From Elusimicrobiota bacterium (GTDB taxonomy: Bacteria; Elusimicrobiota; Elusimicrobia; F11), in assembly GCA_044221725.1 (NCBI GenBank), contig JBGAON010000001.1, forward strand, positions 608,001-672,000: DNA of 64,000 nucleotides. The letters are read 5' to 3'. Positions 46,671-57,687 of the stretch are shown here, piece after piece; position 1 is the first letter of the stretch, and the number at the start of each line of letters is the position of its first letter. Below the pieces are notes generated by a model that saw only the letters and a program-made list of their open reading frames with translations, was not told where the DNA came from and made no database searches. Position numbers and translations under genes: made by a program.

Positions 46671-49600
46671 ATATGGATTAGCGACAACAGTTTCTCAGGA
46701 TCAACCGGCTTCGTGATGTAGTCCGATAGCCCTGCCTGCAAACATCGTTCCTGATCTTCTTTCATTGCTTTGGCCGTGAGCGCCACGACCGGCGTTGTTT
46801 TGAACAGCGGATTTTTTCGAATTATCCGTGTGGCTTCCAAGCCGTCCATGCCGGGCATCATGATGTCCATGAGCACGACGTTAACGGCCGGATTCTCCTC
46901 GAGCCGCTTAATTCCGTCTTGCGCATTTTCGGCGGCCAATACCTTGATCCCGCGGTCTTCCAATGCCGTCTTCACGGCGAAGATATTTCGGTTGTCATCA
47001 TCGATCAACAGCACTTGGCAGCCGTCGAATTTGAACCCTTCTGGCAATGGCGGCAACGTGGGAATCGCTGCCGGTGTGCTCGGCGCCGCGGATTCCACGA
47101 TTCCCGAGTACTGTTCCGGTAAATAGAGCGTAAATACGCTGCCCTCCCCCGGACTGCTTTCCACTTCGAGAATTCCACCGAGTAGGCGCGCGATTTCGCG
47201 ACTGATGGTGAGGCCGAGGCCCGTGCCGCCGAAGCGACGGCTGGTTGTTCCGTCGGCCTGTTGGAACGCCTCGAAGATGATCTTTTGCTTTTCTTTAGGA
47301 ATTCCGATACCCGTGTCCGCCACCGAGAACGCGATCACGTTGCGAGCTTGATTCAGGGCTTCGACCATGAATTTTTGATTCTTCGGAGCGCGATGAATTT
47401 TGAGTGACACCGTGCCTTTCTCTGTAAACTTAAACGCATTGGACAAAAGGTTTTTAAGAATCTGCTGCAGACGGTTTGGGTCGGTGTGGATTTCTTCGGG
47501 ACGGCTTGTCGCATTCGCGAACGAAAACCGCAGCCCTTTGTGATCCGCGACGGGCCGGAAGCTCTGCTCGAGATATTCTTGCACCTCGGAGATTGGCACG
47601 TTGCGCGGTTCGATCGGCATTTTGCCCGCTTCGACCTTCGACAGATCCAAAATCTCGTTGATCAATGACAGCAAGTCGCAGCCAGAGGAGTGAATCGTCT
47701 GTGCGTACTTCACTTGTTCCGGCGTCAGATTATGGTTTTTGTTTTCGGTCAGCATTTTCGACAGGATCAGCAAGATGTTGAGCGGCGTTCGCAGTTCGTG
47801 TGACATGTTCGCTAAGAACTCAGACTTATATTTCGAGATCAGCGAGAGCTGCTCGGCTTTTTCTTCGAGAGACAGGCTGGCGAGCTCGATTTCTTGGTTT
47901 TTAAGTTCAAGCAGTTTTGCTTTCTCTTCGAGTTCCTTGGCCTGCATTTCGAGTTCGGCGTTTGACTTCTGAAGTTGTTTCAGAAGCTCTTCTGTTCGCA
48001 TGTTCGACTCAATGATGTTCATGATGACGCCGATGTTGTCCATCAATTGATCAAGGAAGATGAGGTCGTTTGCCGAGAAACGTCGGAAGGACGCCAGTTC
48101 GATCACCGCTTTTAGTTCGCCTTCGAAAAGCACCGGCAGTATGACGATATGGTTTGGTGCGGCTCCGCCAAGACTCGAGCTGATTTTCAAATAGCCTTCG
48201 GGTGGCGCATTTAGAATGATGCGCTTCTTTTCGAATCCGCATTGTCCCACGAGTCCTTCGTGCATCCGCACCTCGAGAGGCACATTGTCATCCTGCTTCA
48301 CACCATACGACGCTATCATCCGAAGAATTGTTTGCGGTGCCGCCATGTCATAAATGAAAAACGTACCGTAATGCGCTTCGATAAGCGGCGTAAGTTCGGA
48401 CATGATGAGTTGCGCGACAGCCTTGATACTTCGTTGGCCCTGCATCATTTCGGTGAATTTCGCGATGTTCGTTTTCAACCAGTCCTGTTCGCGATTTTTT
48501 TGCGTTGTGTCTTTAAGGTTCGCGATCATCTGATTGATGTTGTCCTTGAGCGCGGCCACTTCTCCCTGCGCTTTCACGGCAATGGAGCGCGTTAAGTCTC
48601 CTTTTGTCACGGCGGTGGAAACTTCAGCGATTGCGCGCACTTGCGTGGTCAAATTTCCGGCCAGCTGATTTACGTTTTCGGTTAAGTCCTTCCAAATACC
48701 GGCAGCGCCCGGCACTTTCGCTTGGCCGCCCAGCTTTCCTTCAATACCCACTTCGCGCGCCACGCTCGTCACCTGATCGGCGAACGTGCGCAGAGTGTCG
48801 GTCATGCTGTTGATCGTTTCGGCGAGCGCGGCCACCTCGCCCTGCGCTTCGAGCACAAATTTTTGGCTCAAGTCGCCGTTCGCCACCGCCGTTACCGTTT
48901 CCACGATGCCGCGCACTTGCTTCGTAAGATTCGCGGCCATAACGTTCACGTTTTCGGTTAAGTCTTTCCAAATACCGGCAGCGCCCGGCACTTTCGCTTG
49001 ACCGCCCAGCTTTCCTTCAATGCCCACTTCGCGCGCCACGCTTGTCACCTGATCGGCGAACGTGCGCAGAGTGTCGGTCATGCTGTTGATCGTTTCGGCG
49101 AGCGCGGCCACCTCGCCCTGCGCTTCGAGCACAAATTTTTGGCTCAAGTCACCGTTGGCGACGGCGGTCACGACTTTCACAATACCGCGCACTTGCTTCG
49201 TGAGATTCGACGCCATGATATTCACGTTATCGGTCAAATCTTTCCAAGTTCCCGATACACCGATAACGGCCGCTTGGCCGCCCAATTTTCCTTCGGTGCC
49301 CACTTCTTTCGCAACGCGCGTCACTTCGGCGGCAAACGATCGCAGCTGGTCCACCATGGTGTTGATCGTTTCTTTGAGTTCCAAAATTTCGCCGCGAGCA
49401 TCGACCGTGATTTTTTGCGACAAGTCGCCGCGCGCAACGGCGGTCGTCACTTTCGCGATGTTGCGCACTTGGTCCGTTAGGTTTTTCGCGAGACCGTTCA
49501 CGTTATCGGTTAAGTCTTTCCAAGTTCCCGACACCCCTCGCACGTCCGCTTGACCACCCAAAATTCCGTCCGTGCCCACCTCTTTGGCCATACGCGTTAC

Positions 49601-51274
49601 TTCGGCGGCAAACGAGTTTAGTTGGTCCACCATTGTGTTGATCGTGGTCTTTAGTTCAAAAATTTCGCCCTTCGCGCCGACCGTGATTTTCTGAGACAAG
49701 TCGCCGCGCGCCACGGCGGTGGTCACTTTCGCAATGTTGCGCACTTGGTCCGTTAGGTTTTTCGCGAGACCGTTCACGTTGTCGGTTAAGTCTTTCCAGG
49801 TTCCGGACACCCCTTTCACGTCGGCTTGTCCGCCCAATTTTCCTTCGGTTCCCACTTCTTTCGCAACGCGCGTCACTTCGGCGGCAAACGATCGCAGCTG
49901 GTCCACCATGGTGTTGATCGTTTCTTTGAGTTCCAAAATTTCGCCGCGAGCGTCGACCGTGATTTTCTGCGACAAGTCGCCGCGCGCAACGGCGGTCGTC
50001 ACTTTCGCGATGTTGCGCACTTGGTCCGTTAGGTTTTTCGCGAGACCGTTCACGTTATCGGTTAAGTCTTTCCAGGTTCCCGAGACACCTTTCACGTTTG
50101 CTTGGCCTCCGAGTTTTCCTTCGGTTCCTACTTCTTTGGCCATACGCGTTACTTCGGCCGCGAAAGAACGAAGTTGATCCACCATCGTGTTGATGGTTTC
50201 TTTGAGTTCCAAAATTTCGCCTTTCGCGTCGACCGTGATTTTTTGCGACAGGTCGCCGCGCGCAACGGCGGTCGTCACTTTCGCGATGTTACGTACTTGG
50301 TTGGTGAGATTGCCGGCAAGACCGTTCACGTTGTCGGTTAAGTCCTTCCAAGTTCCCGAGACCCCTTTCACGATGGCCTGGCCTCCGAGTTTCCCTTCGG
50401 TTCCCACTTCTTTCGCCATTCTCGTCACTTCGGCCGCGAACGAATTGAGCTGGTCCACCATTGTGTTAATCGTGGTCTTTAGCTCAAAGATTTCGCCTTT
50501 GGCGTCGACCGTGATTTTCTGCGACAAGTCGCCCCGAGCAACAGCGGTTGTCACCTTCGCGATGTTGCGCACCTGGTCGGTAAGATTTCCGGCCAGATTG
50601 TTCACGTTATCGGTTAAATCTTTCCAAATGCCCGACACGCCTTTCACATTCGCTTGTCCACCCAATTTTCCTTCGGTACCCACTTCTTTCGCAACACGCG
50701 TCACTTCCGATGCGAATGAGTTCAGCTGGTCCACCATTTCGTTCACGGTGATACCGATGCGCGCGAATTCTCCTTTCAATGGTCGCCCGCGGATTTGCAT
50801 GGATGTTTTCTGAGAAAGGTCTCCTTTTGCGACGGATGTGATTACGCGCGCCACTTCGTTAGCGGATTGAACGAGGTCGTTAATGACAGCACTCACCGAC
50901 TCGATACCGGCGGTCCACGCTCCGCGCGCGGGGCCGAGTGTGCCACGCTCCGGCATTTTTCCTTCTTTGGCAACGGTCTCGCTGACGCGCATTAATTGGA
51001 ACGAGAAATTCTGATTGATCTCAATGATTTCATTCAATATATCGCCGGCTTCAGCGAGGGGGCCTTCCTCGGCGACAGGAAATCGAACAGTAAAGTCTCC
51101 TCGCCGTATCGCTTTCAGCGTGCTCACCAACGACTTTAATTCGGTTCGACTAATAAGGTAGCGGAAATCCGATGGCGATCCGTGGGAATTTGCGGCATTG
51201 GCGACAGCCTTTCTTTTTTTTGGTTCCTTGTGGCTGGGCACCGAGAGCACCGCGGAATTAGTTGATTGATCCAT
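46643..51274 (-). CDS. Poly-HAMP GAF hybrid histidine kinase (OsaA / fungal group III-like)
   Basis: Tandem ~92-aa repeats, [29 protein letters not shown]-terminal receiver. Confidence 0.93.
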   Translation of the reverse strand: MDQSTNSAVLSVPSHKEPKKRKAVANAANSHGSPSDFRYLISRTELKSLVSTLKAIRRGDFTVRFPVAEEGPLAEAGDILNEIIEINQNFSFQLMRVSETVAKEGKMPERGTLGPARGAWTAGIESVSAVINDLVQSANEVARVITSVAKGDLSQKTSMQIRGRPLKGEFARIGITVNEMVDQLNSFASEVTRVAKEVGTEGKLGGQANVKGVSGIWKDLTDNVNNLAGNLTDQVRNIAKVTTAVARGDLSQKITVDAKGEIFELKTTINTMVDQLNSFAAEVTRMAKEVGTEGKLGGQAIVKGVSGTWKDLTDNVNGLAGNLTNQVRNIAKVTTAVARGDLSQKITVDAKGEILELKETINTMVDQLRSFAAEVTRMAKEVGTEGKLGGQANVKGVSGTWKDLTDNVNGLAKNLTDQVRNIAKVTTAVARGDLSQKITVDARGEILELKETINTMVDQLRSFAAEVTRVAKEVGTEGKLGGQADVKGVSGTWKDLTDNVNGLAKNLTDQVRNIAKVTTAVARGDLSQKITVGAKGEIFELKTTINTMVDQLNSFAAEVTRMAKEVGTDGILGGQADVRGVSGTWKDLTDNVNGLAKNLTDQVRNIAKVTTAVARGDLSQKITVDARGEILELKETINTMVDQLRSFAAEVTRVAKEVGTEGKLGGQAAVIGVSGTWKDLTDNVNIMASNLTKQVRGIVKVVTAVANGDLSQKFVLEAQGEVAALAETINSMTDTLRTFADQVTSVAREVGIEGKLGGQAKVPGAAGIWKDLTENVNVMAANLTKQVRGIVETVTAVANGDLSQKFVLEAQGEVAALAETINSMTDTLRTFADQVTSVAREVGIEGKLGGQAKVPGAAGIWKDLTENVNQLAGNLTTQVRAIAEVSTAVTKGDLTRSIAVKAQGEVAALKDNINQMIANLKDTTQKNREQDWLKTNIAKFTEMMQGQRSIKAVAQLIMSELTPLIEAHYGTFFIYDMAAPQTILRMIASYGVKQDDNVPLEVRMHEGLVGQCGFEKKRIILNAPPEGYLKISSSLGGAAPNHIVILPVLFEGELKAVIELASFRRFSANDLIFLDQLMDNIGVIMNIIESNMRTEELLKQLQKSNAELEMQAKELEEKAKLLELKNQEIELASLSLEEKAEQLSLISKYKSEFLANMSHELRTPLNILLILSKMLTENKNHNLTPEQVKYAQTIHSSGCDLLSLINEILDLSKVEAGKMPIEPRNVPISEVQEYLEQSFRPVADHKGLRFSFANATSRPEEIHTDPNRLQQILKNLLSNAFKFTEKGTVSLKIHRAPKNQKFMVEALNQARNVIAFSVADTGIGIPKEKQKIIFEAFQQADGTTSRRFGGTGLGLTISREIARLLGGILEVESSPGEGSVFTLYLPEQYSGIVESAAPSTPAAIPTLPPLPEGFKFDGCQVLLIDDDNRNIFAVKTALEDRGIKVLAAENAQDGIKRLEENPAVNVVLMDIMMPGMDGLEATRIIRKNPLFKTTPVVALTAKAMKEDQERCLQAGLSDYITKPVDPEKLLSLIHIWLTKVSKQ
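48600..50830 (-). repeat. Tandem ~276-bp HAMP-coding repeats
   Basis: Eight well-conserved EVG..G.LGGQA.V....G.WKDLT.NVN units; DNA-level near identity among several. Confidence 0.9.
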
Positions 51275-51338
51275 TGAAGCCTCCAGAATTTACTTGCGAA
51301 TTTAAATTGTTAGAATAATTTTCGAGGTGCGATGAATT

Positions 51339-51773
51339 ATGGAAAGCAAAGTGATTGAAGTGTTGCTTGTGGAGGACGATCTCGATAGCGTTTACCTGAC
51401 GGTAACCGCTGCCGAGATGGGGAAAACCGCGTTTCATGTTAACTTAGCCTTCGATGGCGTTGAAGCCATGGACTATCTTTACCGGAGGGGGAAATACACC
51501 GCGGTGCCTCGACCCGATTTGATTTTGCTCGATCTGAATATGCCACGCATGAACGGGCAGGAAGTTTTGCATGAAATTAAAAAGGATCCGAATTTGAGCA
51601 CGATCCCCGTGGTGATCCTGACGACCAGCGACCAACATCCCGATTTGAAGACGACGTACGGTCTTTCCGAAGACAGCTACCACATTAAGCCCAGCCGATT
51701 TAACGACTACATTGATCTGATGAAGTTTGTGGCGGAAGCGTACAAGAAAGGCCGATTGAATTACGCGCATTAG
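51339..51773 (+). CDS. Single-domain response regulator (Rcp1-like)
   Basis: VLLVEDD, RPDLILLDLNMP, PVVILTTS, KP. Confidence 0.9.
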   Translation: MESKVIEVLLVEDDLDSVYLTVTAAEMGKTAFHVNLAFDGVEAMDYLYRRGKYTAVPRPDLILLDLNMPRMNGQEVLHEIKKDPNLSTIPVVILTTSDQHPDLKTTYGLSEDSYHIKPSRFNDYIDLMKFVAEAYKKGRLNYAH

Positions 51774-51867
51774 TTTTACTTTTCTGATCTGACCCACCGA
51801 AGCCCCCCGCTTACAAGACGACAAACAGCCGCTTGACGCCCCTGTCCTCAAGTTAGTTCCCCGTATA

Positions 51868-51919
51868 TACGAACCGGTTTTGAAAAAGTTCACACAACTT
51901 TTTGGGACGATTTTCGTAA
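51868..51919. promoter_or_regulatory. Back-to-back putative ECF promoters
   Basis: Plus strand CAAC-N16-CGTAA (51895-51919); minus strand TGAAC-N16-CGTA (51892-51868). Confidence 0.6.
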
Positions 51920-51946
51920 GTGAGGTAAGTTAAACAAGGAGACATC

Positions 51947-52621
51947 ATGGTCGCAGTCACAACGGTTGGAAGTTTTGCAGGCAGTGTTATCGTTGCGGAA
52001 TTGGAAAACGTCTCGACGGTGCCGCCTCCCATCGGAAGTGACGAGGCGTACATAAAGGAAATATTGAAAGGGAACGCGGATGCGTTCTCTGTTTTATTTA
52101 ATAAATATCACCCGCGTTTTTTGGGCATGGCGATGCGGATTCTCCGCAATCAGGCCGAAGCCGAGGACGCTGTCGATGAAGCCTTCGTTGACGCTTATCG
52201 TCACCTGTCCGATTTTCAGAACAAAGCAAAGTTTTCCACATGGTTATACTCCATTGTGATTAACCATATTCGTAACCGAATGCGGCACAATCGCGTGATT
52301 CGCTGGACGTCTCTCGACGGCACCGAAACGGTTCGGGAAAGCGGGGAGCATCGCCCGCTCGATGTGGCCGAGGCGGCCCCCGGGATTGATAGTGTTGTTG
52401 ACGGAAAAATTCAGATGGAAACGCTCTACGAGATGGTTCTCCAACTTCCCCAGCCGTACCGAACGATTTTCTCAATGCACTATTTTAAAGGCCAACTGTT
52501 GCAAGAAATCGCGCACGAGTTGCATCGGCCCATTGGTACCGTCAAAGCCTACCTTCATCGCGCTCGCAAGACGATTGAGCGCCGCCTAAAAGTTAACCAC
52601 CCATCCATGTTGGTGAGCTAA
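51947..52621 (+). CDS. ECF RNA polymerase sigma factor
   Basis: AEDAVDEAF, FSTWLYSI (sigma2); EIA..L..PIGTVKAYLHRAR (sigma4); SD AAGGAG. Confidence 0.92.
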   Translation: MVAVTTVGSFAGSVIVAELENVSTVPPPIGSDEAYIKEILKGNADAFSVLFNKYHPRFLGMAMRILRNQAEAEDAVDEAFVDAYRHLSDFQNKAKFSTWLYSIVINHIRNRMRHNRVIRWTSLDGTETVRESGEHRPLDVAEAAPGIDSVVDGKIQMETLYEMVLQLPQPYRTIFSMHYFKGQLLQEIAHELHRPIGTVKAYLHRARKTIERRLKVNHPSMLVS

Positions 52622-52653
52622 AAAAAACCGGCTCACAAGGAGCCGGTTTTTTT
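52620..52653. terminator. Bidirectional intrinsic terminator
   Basis: A-run CCGGCTC loop GAGCCGG T-run between convergent genes. Confidence 0.9.
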
Positions 52654-52672
52654 GTGCCCGAACGAGCGGCGT

Positions 52673-53059
52673 TTATTGTGGATTGTTTACTTCAACCCGC
52701 GTAACGAGCATGCTTGTGGGATCATATTCGAATGTTACGGAGTCGCCGGCGTTCACGTTCGTAACGCTGGACGTCTTGCCGCTTTTCATATACGCGGTTT
52801 GATCGCTCAGTGTGTACTCGGTGGTTTGACCTTGGCTCTCGATGCGGACGCGATTCCCGCTGCGGTCGATTGATTTTACGGTGCCGGTGGCCATCGATTT
52901 CGTTGATGAGTTTGACGAATTCGATGTGTCGGATGCGTTTGAGGTGCCGTCCGATCCGGTTGGTGAAACGGTGGTGCTAGGGGATGTGGTGTCCATCGCG
53001 GCCCAGACGAAACTGCTCAAGGCGAGACTCACAACAAATCCTCGGATGATGTTTTTCAT
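52673..53059 (-). CDS. Small secreted Ser/Thr-rich protein with OB-fold-like (DUF5666-like) domain
   Basis: SD AGGAGGAG, signal peptide, TGTVKSID...GDSVTFEY. Confidence 0.75.
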   Translation of the reverse strand: MKNIIRGFVVSLALSSFVWAAMDTTSPSTTVSPTGSDGTSNASDTSNSSNSSTKSMATGTVKSIDRSGNRVRIESQGQTTEYTLSDQTAYMKSGKTSSVTNVNAGDSVTFEYDPTSMLVTRVEVNNPQ

Positions 53060-53110
53060 TTTTCTCCTCCTGTGATTTTGAATACGGTTCGACTGCGAAC
53101 CGCATAATTT

Positions 53111-53137
53111 TTACGGGGGGCTCACCACAAAAGTTCA
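53111..53137 (-). promoter_or_regulatory. Putative ECF promoter TGAAC-N17-CGTAA
   Basis: Minus-strand read TGAAC TTTTGTGGTGAGCCCCC CGTAA. Confidence 0.6.
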
Positions 53138-55183
53138 AACGGGCGGCGCTGGATTTAAGGACAGATACGAACGCAAAACCTCAGCGACGGACCACGCTTG
53201 CGCGATGCAGCCGCGCGGCATGAAAGGTTCATCGCCGTCAAAAATTTCGCTGACCGATCCCATGCCCGCTTCGGCCAAGTGCGCTTCGAAATCGGCCAGG
53301 CAATGCGCGAGATCTTTCGGATCCCGGTAAATTTTTCGCCCCGCATCAATATAGGGGCCTATTAGCCAAGCCCAAACCATTCCTTGGTGATAAGCGGAGT
53401 CGCGCGCGTGCCGATCCCCTTGGTACCGCGAATGATAATTTTTGTCCGTCGGTGCCAGTGACCGCAGTCCGAACGGCGTCAACAAGTGCTTGGTCACGAC
53501 ATTGAACATGGGTTCCCATTGGGCGGGGTTCAACACCGGAAAGCGCAGCGACAACGAGAACAGTTGGTTTGGTCGCAGAGAAGCGTCGGCGGGGAAGTCG
53601 CCATCGATCACGTCGTAAAGATAACCGCCATCGCTGTACCAGAAGCGTTGATTGAACGACGCGTATGTGCGGTCGGCCATCGCAACATATTGCTTGCTCG
53701 GTTGCCCCAGTTTTTCCGACCACTCGTTCATGAGCCGCAACGCGTTAAACCACAAGGCTTGGATTTCAATGGGTTTTCCGCGGCGCGGCGTCACAACCCA
53801 ATCGTCTGCTTTTGCGTCCATCCATGTGAGCGCCACGCCTTCCTGGCCACCTTTGAGCAATCCATCGTTCGGATCGACACCAATGTCAAAGTGGGTTCCT
53901 TTTTTGTGCCATTCAATAATGGATTCCAGAGTCGGATAAAGCGCGTGCAAGATCTCTTCGTCTTTCGTGATATGGATGTACCGATCGATCGCGTGGAAAT
54001 ACCACAATGTCGCGTCCATCGTGTTGTAAAGAGCGGTGCGTTGGCCTTCGGGAAACAAATTCGGAATCAGACCGTCTTTCACGTATCTCGCGAACGTTTG
54101 AAGGATGGCTTTTGCTTCTTCGAAACGACCGGTGCACAGCGTCAATCCTTCCAAGCTGATCATCGTATCGCGGCCCCAATCGGTAAACCAATGATAACCG
54201 GCAATTATGGTTCTAAGCGGTTCGCCGGCCGCATCGGCGATGGACCGTTCGTGCGGGCGGGTTGCCGGGAAAACAATGAATTGATTGGCGGCCAACACGA
54301 GCTGAGCTGGAAATCCCTCTCGCGCCGCGGCCGGGGCGATGTTAATCAGATGCTTCAAGCGGTGCTCTTCCGATTCAAAGATCGTTTTTGCATCCCACTC
54401 GAACGAGTCCCACGTTTCGACGCTCGCAACGAAAGCGACGGATTCGTGTTCGGCCAGTTCGGCAAAGAAGAAACCGGGACTTAAATTATGATCCTCGCAT
54501 TCCAGCCCGCGTTCTTTTTCAACGCGGTAATAAATTTTTTCTGCTTCCACGAAATCGGATACAAAGAGCCCTTTGGGTTCCTTGAGGGCCATGCGCAGCG
54601 GAGCAATGTTATCGGACGGATGAACTTCGCACAGTCCTTTTTTCAACATCACCGTAAACGGCCAGTTGGTGGGGTGCCCGAGAGGGCCATCGTGCCCGCG
54701 GAATCCCACGTAAGGTCGAACGAAAAGTCGAACACTTGATCCCTTTATAAGCTTGTATTCGACATAGATTGTGTTTTGTGCCCACGGCATCGCGATCTTT
54801 TTTTGAAACGTGCGTCCTTCGATTTCAAACGTCCACACCGGCATTTGCCATGCGAGCTTGAATTCATTCAGGTATTGGTGCGTTTGGCCGACGATGTCGC
54901 CCGCGTAGCGTTCGGCGCCGCTCAGTTGAATCATACGGTGATCAATCTGCAGTGTTTCATCGATCCGGGGAATGAGCACCGTTCGTCCCCATGGTGCGGG
55001 AAGATTCGGAATAAAAAGACCGTGGTAGCGGCGTGTCGGAATGTTGCGCACGGTGCTCGACCCATAGCCGCCAAGCCCGTTCGTGACCAACCATTCTTGG
55101 CTCAACAAATAATCGGGGTCTTCGCCGCGGCGCCACTTCGAGACGACGGACACATCTTCTAAGGCATGGGTCGTCGTGTTCAT
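53135..55183 (-). CDS. Amylo-alpha-1,6-glucosidase (glycogen debranching enzyme)
   Basis: EWLVTNGLGGY, AGYHWFTDWGRDTMI, TWMDAK, AYHQG, QAWSVAE. Confidence 0.92.
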   Translation of the reverse strand: MNTTTHALEDVSVVSKWRRGEDPDYLLSQEWLVTNGLGGYGSSTVRNIPTRRYHGLFIPNLPAPWGRTVLIPRIDETLQIDHRMIQLSGAERYAGDIVGQTHQYLNEFKLAWQMPVWTFEIEGRTFQKKIAMPWAQNTIYVEYKLIKGSSVRLFVRPYVGFRGHDGPLGHPTNWPFTVMLKKGLCEVHPSDNIAPLRMALKEPKGLFVSDFVEAEKIYYRVEKERGLECEDHNLSPGFFFAELAEHESVAFVASVETWDSFEWDAKTIFESEEHRLKHLINIAPAAAREGFPAQLVLAANQFIVFPATRPHERSIADAAGEPLRTIIAGYHWFTDWGRDTMISLEGLTLCTGRFEEAKAILQTFARYVKDGLIPNLFPEGQRTALYNTMDATLWYFHAIDRYIHITKDEEILHALYPTLESIIEWHKKGTHFDIGVDPNDGLLKGGQEGVALTWMDAKADDWVVTPRRGKPIEIQALWFNALRLMNEWSEKLGQPSKQYVAMADRTYASFNQRFWYSDGGYLYDVIDGDFPADASLRPNQLFSLSLRFPVLNPAQWEPMFNVVTKHLLTPFGLRSLAPTDKNYHSRYQGDRHARDSAYHQGMVWAWLIGPYIDAGRKIYRDPKDLAHCLADFEAHLAEAGMGSVSEIFDGDEPFMPRGCIAQAWSVAEVLRSYLSLNPAPPV

Positions 55184-57117
55184 GACAGAGACCTCGGAAC
55201 AAGATTGAGAATGCAGGTCTGGCTTCGTGGAATACGAACGCCTTGCGACGTGTCAATCTTTGGGCGGGGGGCTTGATCGAAGGCGCTCGTCCACAGCAAA
55301 TTCCAATCGCTGTTTTCGGGGGGAGCCAGAAGCGGCTCCGACACCGGAGAAAAATCGAAGGCGGATCCCAAATTGACAATCATTAATCGGTCGCCGTGGG
55401 TCGCGTCAAAGTAACGGAGCGCAAAACTTTTTGAGTGCAAAACGGCACCGTCGATGTGGGGTTCGGACTGGGCCAAAACCGGATCGGTACGTCGCAGAGA
55501 AAGCAGCTCTTTAACGAACGCGCTGGCGCTCAGCGCGCGTTCTGTTCGCGGCGAACCGATTTTCGATTGGCTGAAAACGACTTCGTCGTTGGGATTAAGC
55601 ATTGCGGCGAGCGCGGGCGAGTCTCGGTACGTCGGGAATTGCGACAGAAATTCGCGGCGCCCAGCGTCCACCGCTTTCGCCAGCTCCTTATTATGATCGG
55701 TAAAAAAATGAAACGGGCGGGGGGACTCAAACTCCTGGCCCATGAAAAGCATCGGCGTGCCGGGCGCGAGCAGCGCAAACCCGAGAAGCGCGCGGTATGT
55801 TTGTTGATCCGTAATCTCGTGCAAGCGTTTGCCATCAGGATGGTTCGCCACTTGATCGTGGTTCTGTGTGTAGGTCACAAAAGAACATTTCGGAACATGG
55901 AGCGTCGGCGTTCCGCGGTTTTTCTTTTGCCAGCCGTAATATTGTCCTTGAAATAGAAACCCGTGCTTCGCGAGCGCGACAAACTCGCTTGCGTTTCCTG
56001 TGTAATCGGTGAAATAAGCTTCGCTGAATCCGGTTATGGCGACACGACTCGCATGATGAAAGTCGTCGTTCCACATTGCATCAAGACCAAATCCGCCCTC
56101 ATCTATGGATTGCACGCAGCGCACATTTTGCGGTTCGTTTTCGGCAATCAAAATGATGGCGCGGTCTCCGGCCGCCGCACGCGCGTTCGCCGAAATTTCC
56201 GCCAATATGTGACGGCGACTGTTGTCGAAAATACTTTGGGTCGCATCCAGACGGAGGCCATCCAAATGAAACTCCGAAATCCAATAACACGCATTTTGGA
56301 TGAAGAAGTGGCGTACGGCTTCGCAATTGGGACCGTCGAAATTGATTGCCTCGCCCCATTCCGTATCTTGCTTACTGAAATAATTGTCGCTGAACTGCGT
56401 GAGATAATTTCCGTCCGGCCCGAAGTGATTGTAAACGACGTCAAGAACAACCGCCATCCGCAGGGCGTGCGCGGAATCAACAAACCGTTTTAGTGCATCG
56501 GGCGGTCCGTACACGTGATAGGGCGCGAACAGATCAACCCCATCGTAGCCCCAGTTCCACCGGCCCGCGCACTCGTTGAGCGGCATAAGCTCGATGACCG
56601 TTACTCCAATGTCCTTTAAGCGGTCGAGTTCGCGCGCCGCAGCGTCGAGCGTGCCTTCCTCCGTAAACGTTCCGACGTGGAGTTCGTAAATAACTTGGCC
56701 CGCCATTTGGATTCCTTTCCAGTTGTGGTCGGTCCACGGAAATTCCTGTGGGTCGATGATCTGCGACGGGCCGTGCGGTCCTTGAGGCTGGTAGCGGGAG
56801 CATGGATCGGGAAAACGCGCGCCGTCGTCCAATTGGAATTTGTAAAGCGCGTTTTTCTTTATCTCGGGAAATTGGCCCGTGAAATAACCGGATTCGTGTT
56901 TCGACAGAACGAACGTTTCATGATTGCTGAGCTCGACGGCCACGTTGTTCCGCTCGGGAGCCCACACCCGGAACGTCGTCCCTTCTTCGGTGACGTTCGC
57001 ACCAAGGTCAAGACGCCATTTAGGGGAGTTGGGAAAAAGAAAGCTGTCCACGATCAGAGGGGGACCGATCCGGACAGCTTTTCGCACGCGCATCACCGTG
57101 TCTTTTTGAACGGTCAT
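55180..57117 (-). CDS. treZ: Malto-oligosyltrehalose trehalohydrolase
   Basis: YELHVGTF, WGYDGV, DVVYNH, GLRLDAT, WNDDFHH, QNHDQVAN, LFMGQE. Confidence 0.9.
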   Translation of the reverse strand: MTVQKDTVMRVRKAVRIGPPLIVDSFLFPNSPKWRLDLGANVTEEGTTFRVWAPERNNVAVELSNHETFVLSKHESGYFTGQFPEIKKNALYKFQLDDGARFPDPCSRYQPQGPHGPSQIIDPQEFPWTDHNWKGIQMAGQVIYELHVGTFTEEGTLDAAARELDRLKDIGVTVIELMPLNECAGRWNWGYDGVDLFAPYHVYGPPDALKRFVDSAHALRMAVVLDVVYNHFGPDGNYLTQFSDNYFSKQDTEWGEAINFDGPNCEAVRHFFIQNACYWISEFHLDGLRLDATQSIFDNSRRHILAEISANARAAAGDRAIILIAENEPQNVRCVQSIDEGGFGLDAMWNDDFHHASRVAITGFSEAYFTDYTGNASEFVALAKHGFLFQGQYYGWQKKNRGTPTLHVPKCSFVTYTQNHDQVANHPDGKRLHEITDQQTYRALLGFALLAPGTPMLFMGQEFESPRPFHFFTDHNKELAKAVDAGRREFLSQFPTYRDSPALAAMLNPNDEVVFSQSKIGSPRTERALSASAFVKELLSLRRTDPVLAQSEPHIDGAVLHSKSFALRYFDATHGDRLMIVNLGSAFDFSPVSEPLLAPPENSDWNLLWTSAFDQAPRPKIDTSQGVRIPRSQTCILNLVPRSLS

Positions 57118-57129
57118 ACACCATGAGAT

Positions 57130-57588
57130 CTATGGAATGTTCCATTGCGAGGTAACTTTAATGGCACTAATTAGTCCGCTGGATTGCTTGAGCACCTCGA
57201 ATTGCTCGCGAACTTCGTTGAGGCTTTCACCGGCCAGTCCTTCTCCCAGGGCTTCGTCATAGGCTTTTCGAATGGACTCTTCCGCGCGGTCGCACACCTC
57301 AATAATCGCCGTGTCGTCTTTTGCGGTAATAATCTCCTTAATATTGTCCCAGCGATTTTTAAAAAAGGGAAACGCGAGGTCAGACTCGGAAAGTCCGCCG
57401 AGGCGGTTGATGTGGGCCTCCAAGTTCAGGGCGAAAAGGGCCCTCTGATCCATAAAACTCTTAAAGATCTTCTTTAAGTCGCGATTATTGGTGAGCGCGT
57501 ACGCGATTCGGTACCCGCTTTCGCTCAAGCGACAACACTCGAGCAGGTTATTCAGGATGGAAACGGCACTTCGGTATGTGGTGAACAT
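57130..57588 (-). CDS. PA2169/DUF2383-like four-helix-bundle stress protein
   Basis: LNNLLE...GY...QR...L...I.RLGG...W..IK...CDRAE...Y.EAL pattern; start placed at ATG 57588. Confidence 0.7.
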   Translation of the reverse strand: MFTTYRSAVSILNNLLECCRLSESGYRIAYALTNNRDLKKIFKSFMDQRALFALNLEAHINRLGGLSESDLAFPFFKNRWDNIKEIITAKDDTAIIEVCDRAEESIRKAYDEALGEGLAGESLNEVREQFEVLKQSSGLISAIKVTSQWNIP

Positions 57589-57595
57589 AGCCTTG

Positions 57596-57653
57596 TTACG
57601 TGCCGCGGATAAAAAAAGTTCAACACACCGAACTATTTTCGCTTCCTTCCGTA
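57596..57653. promoter_or_regulatory. Second back-to-back putative ECF promoter pair
   Basis: Minus strand TGAAC-N17-CGTAA (57622-57596); plus strand CGAAC-N16-CGTA (57629-57653). Confidence 0.6.
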
Positions 57654-57687
57654 CGAGGAGATGCATACCAATAATGAGGGAGGAGCA

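Noticed and set aside
48600..50830. CRISPR array
   Set aside because: The repeats are in-frame HAMP coding units without unique spacers; no cas genes in the window.
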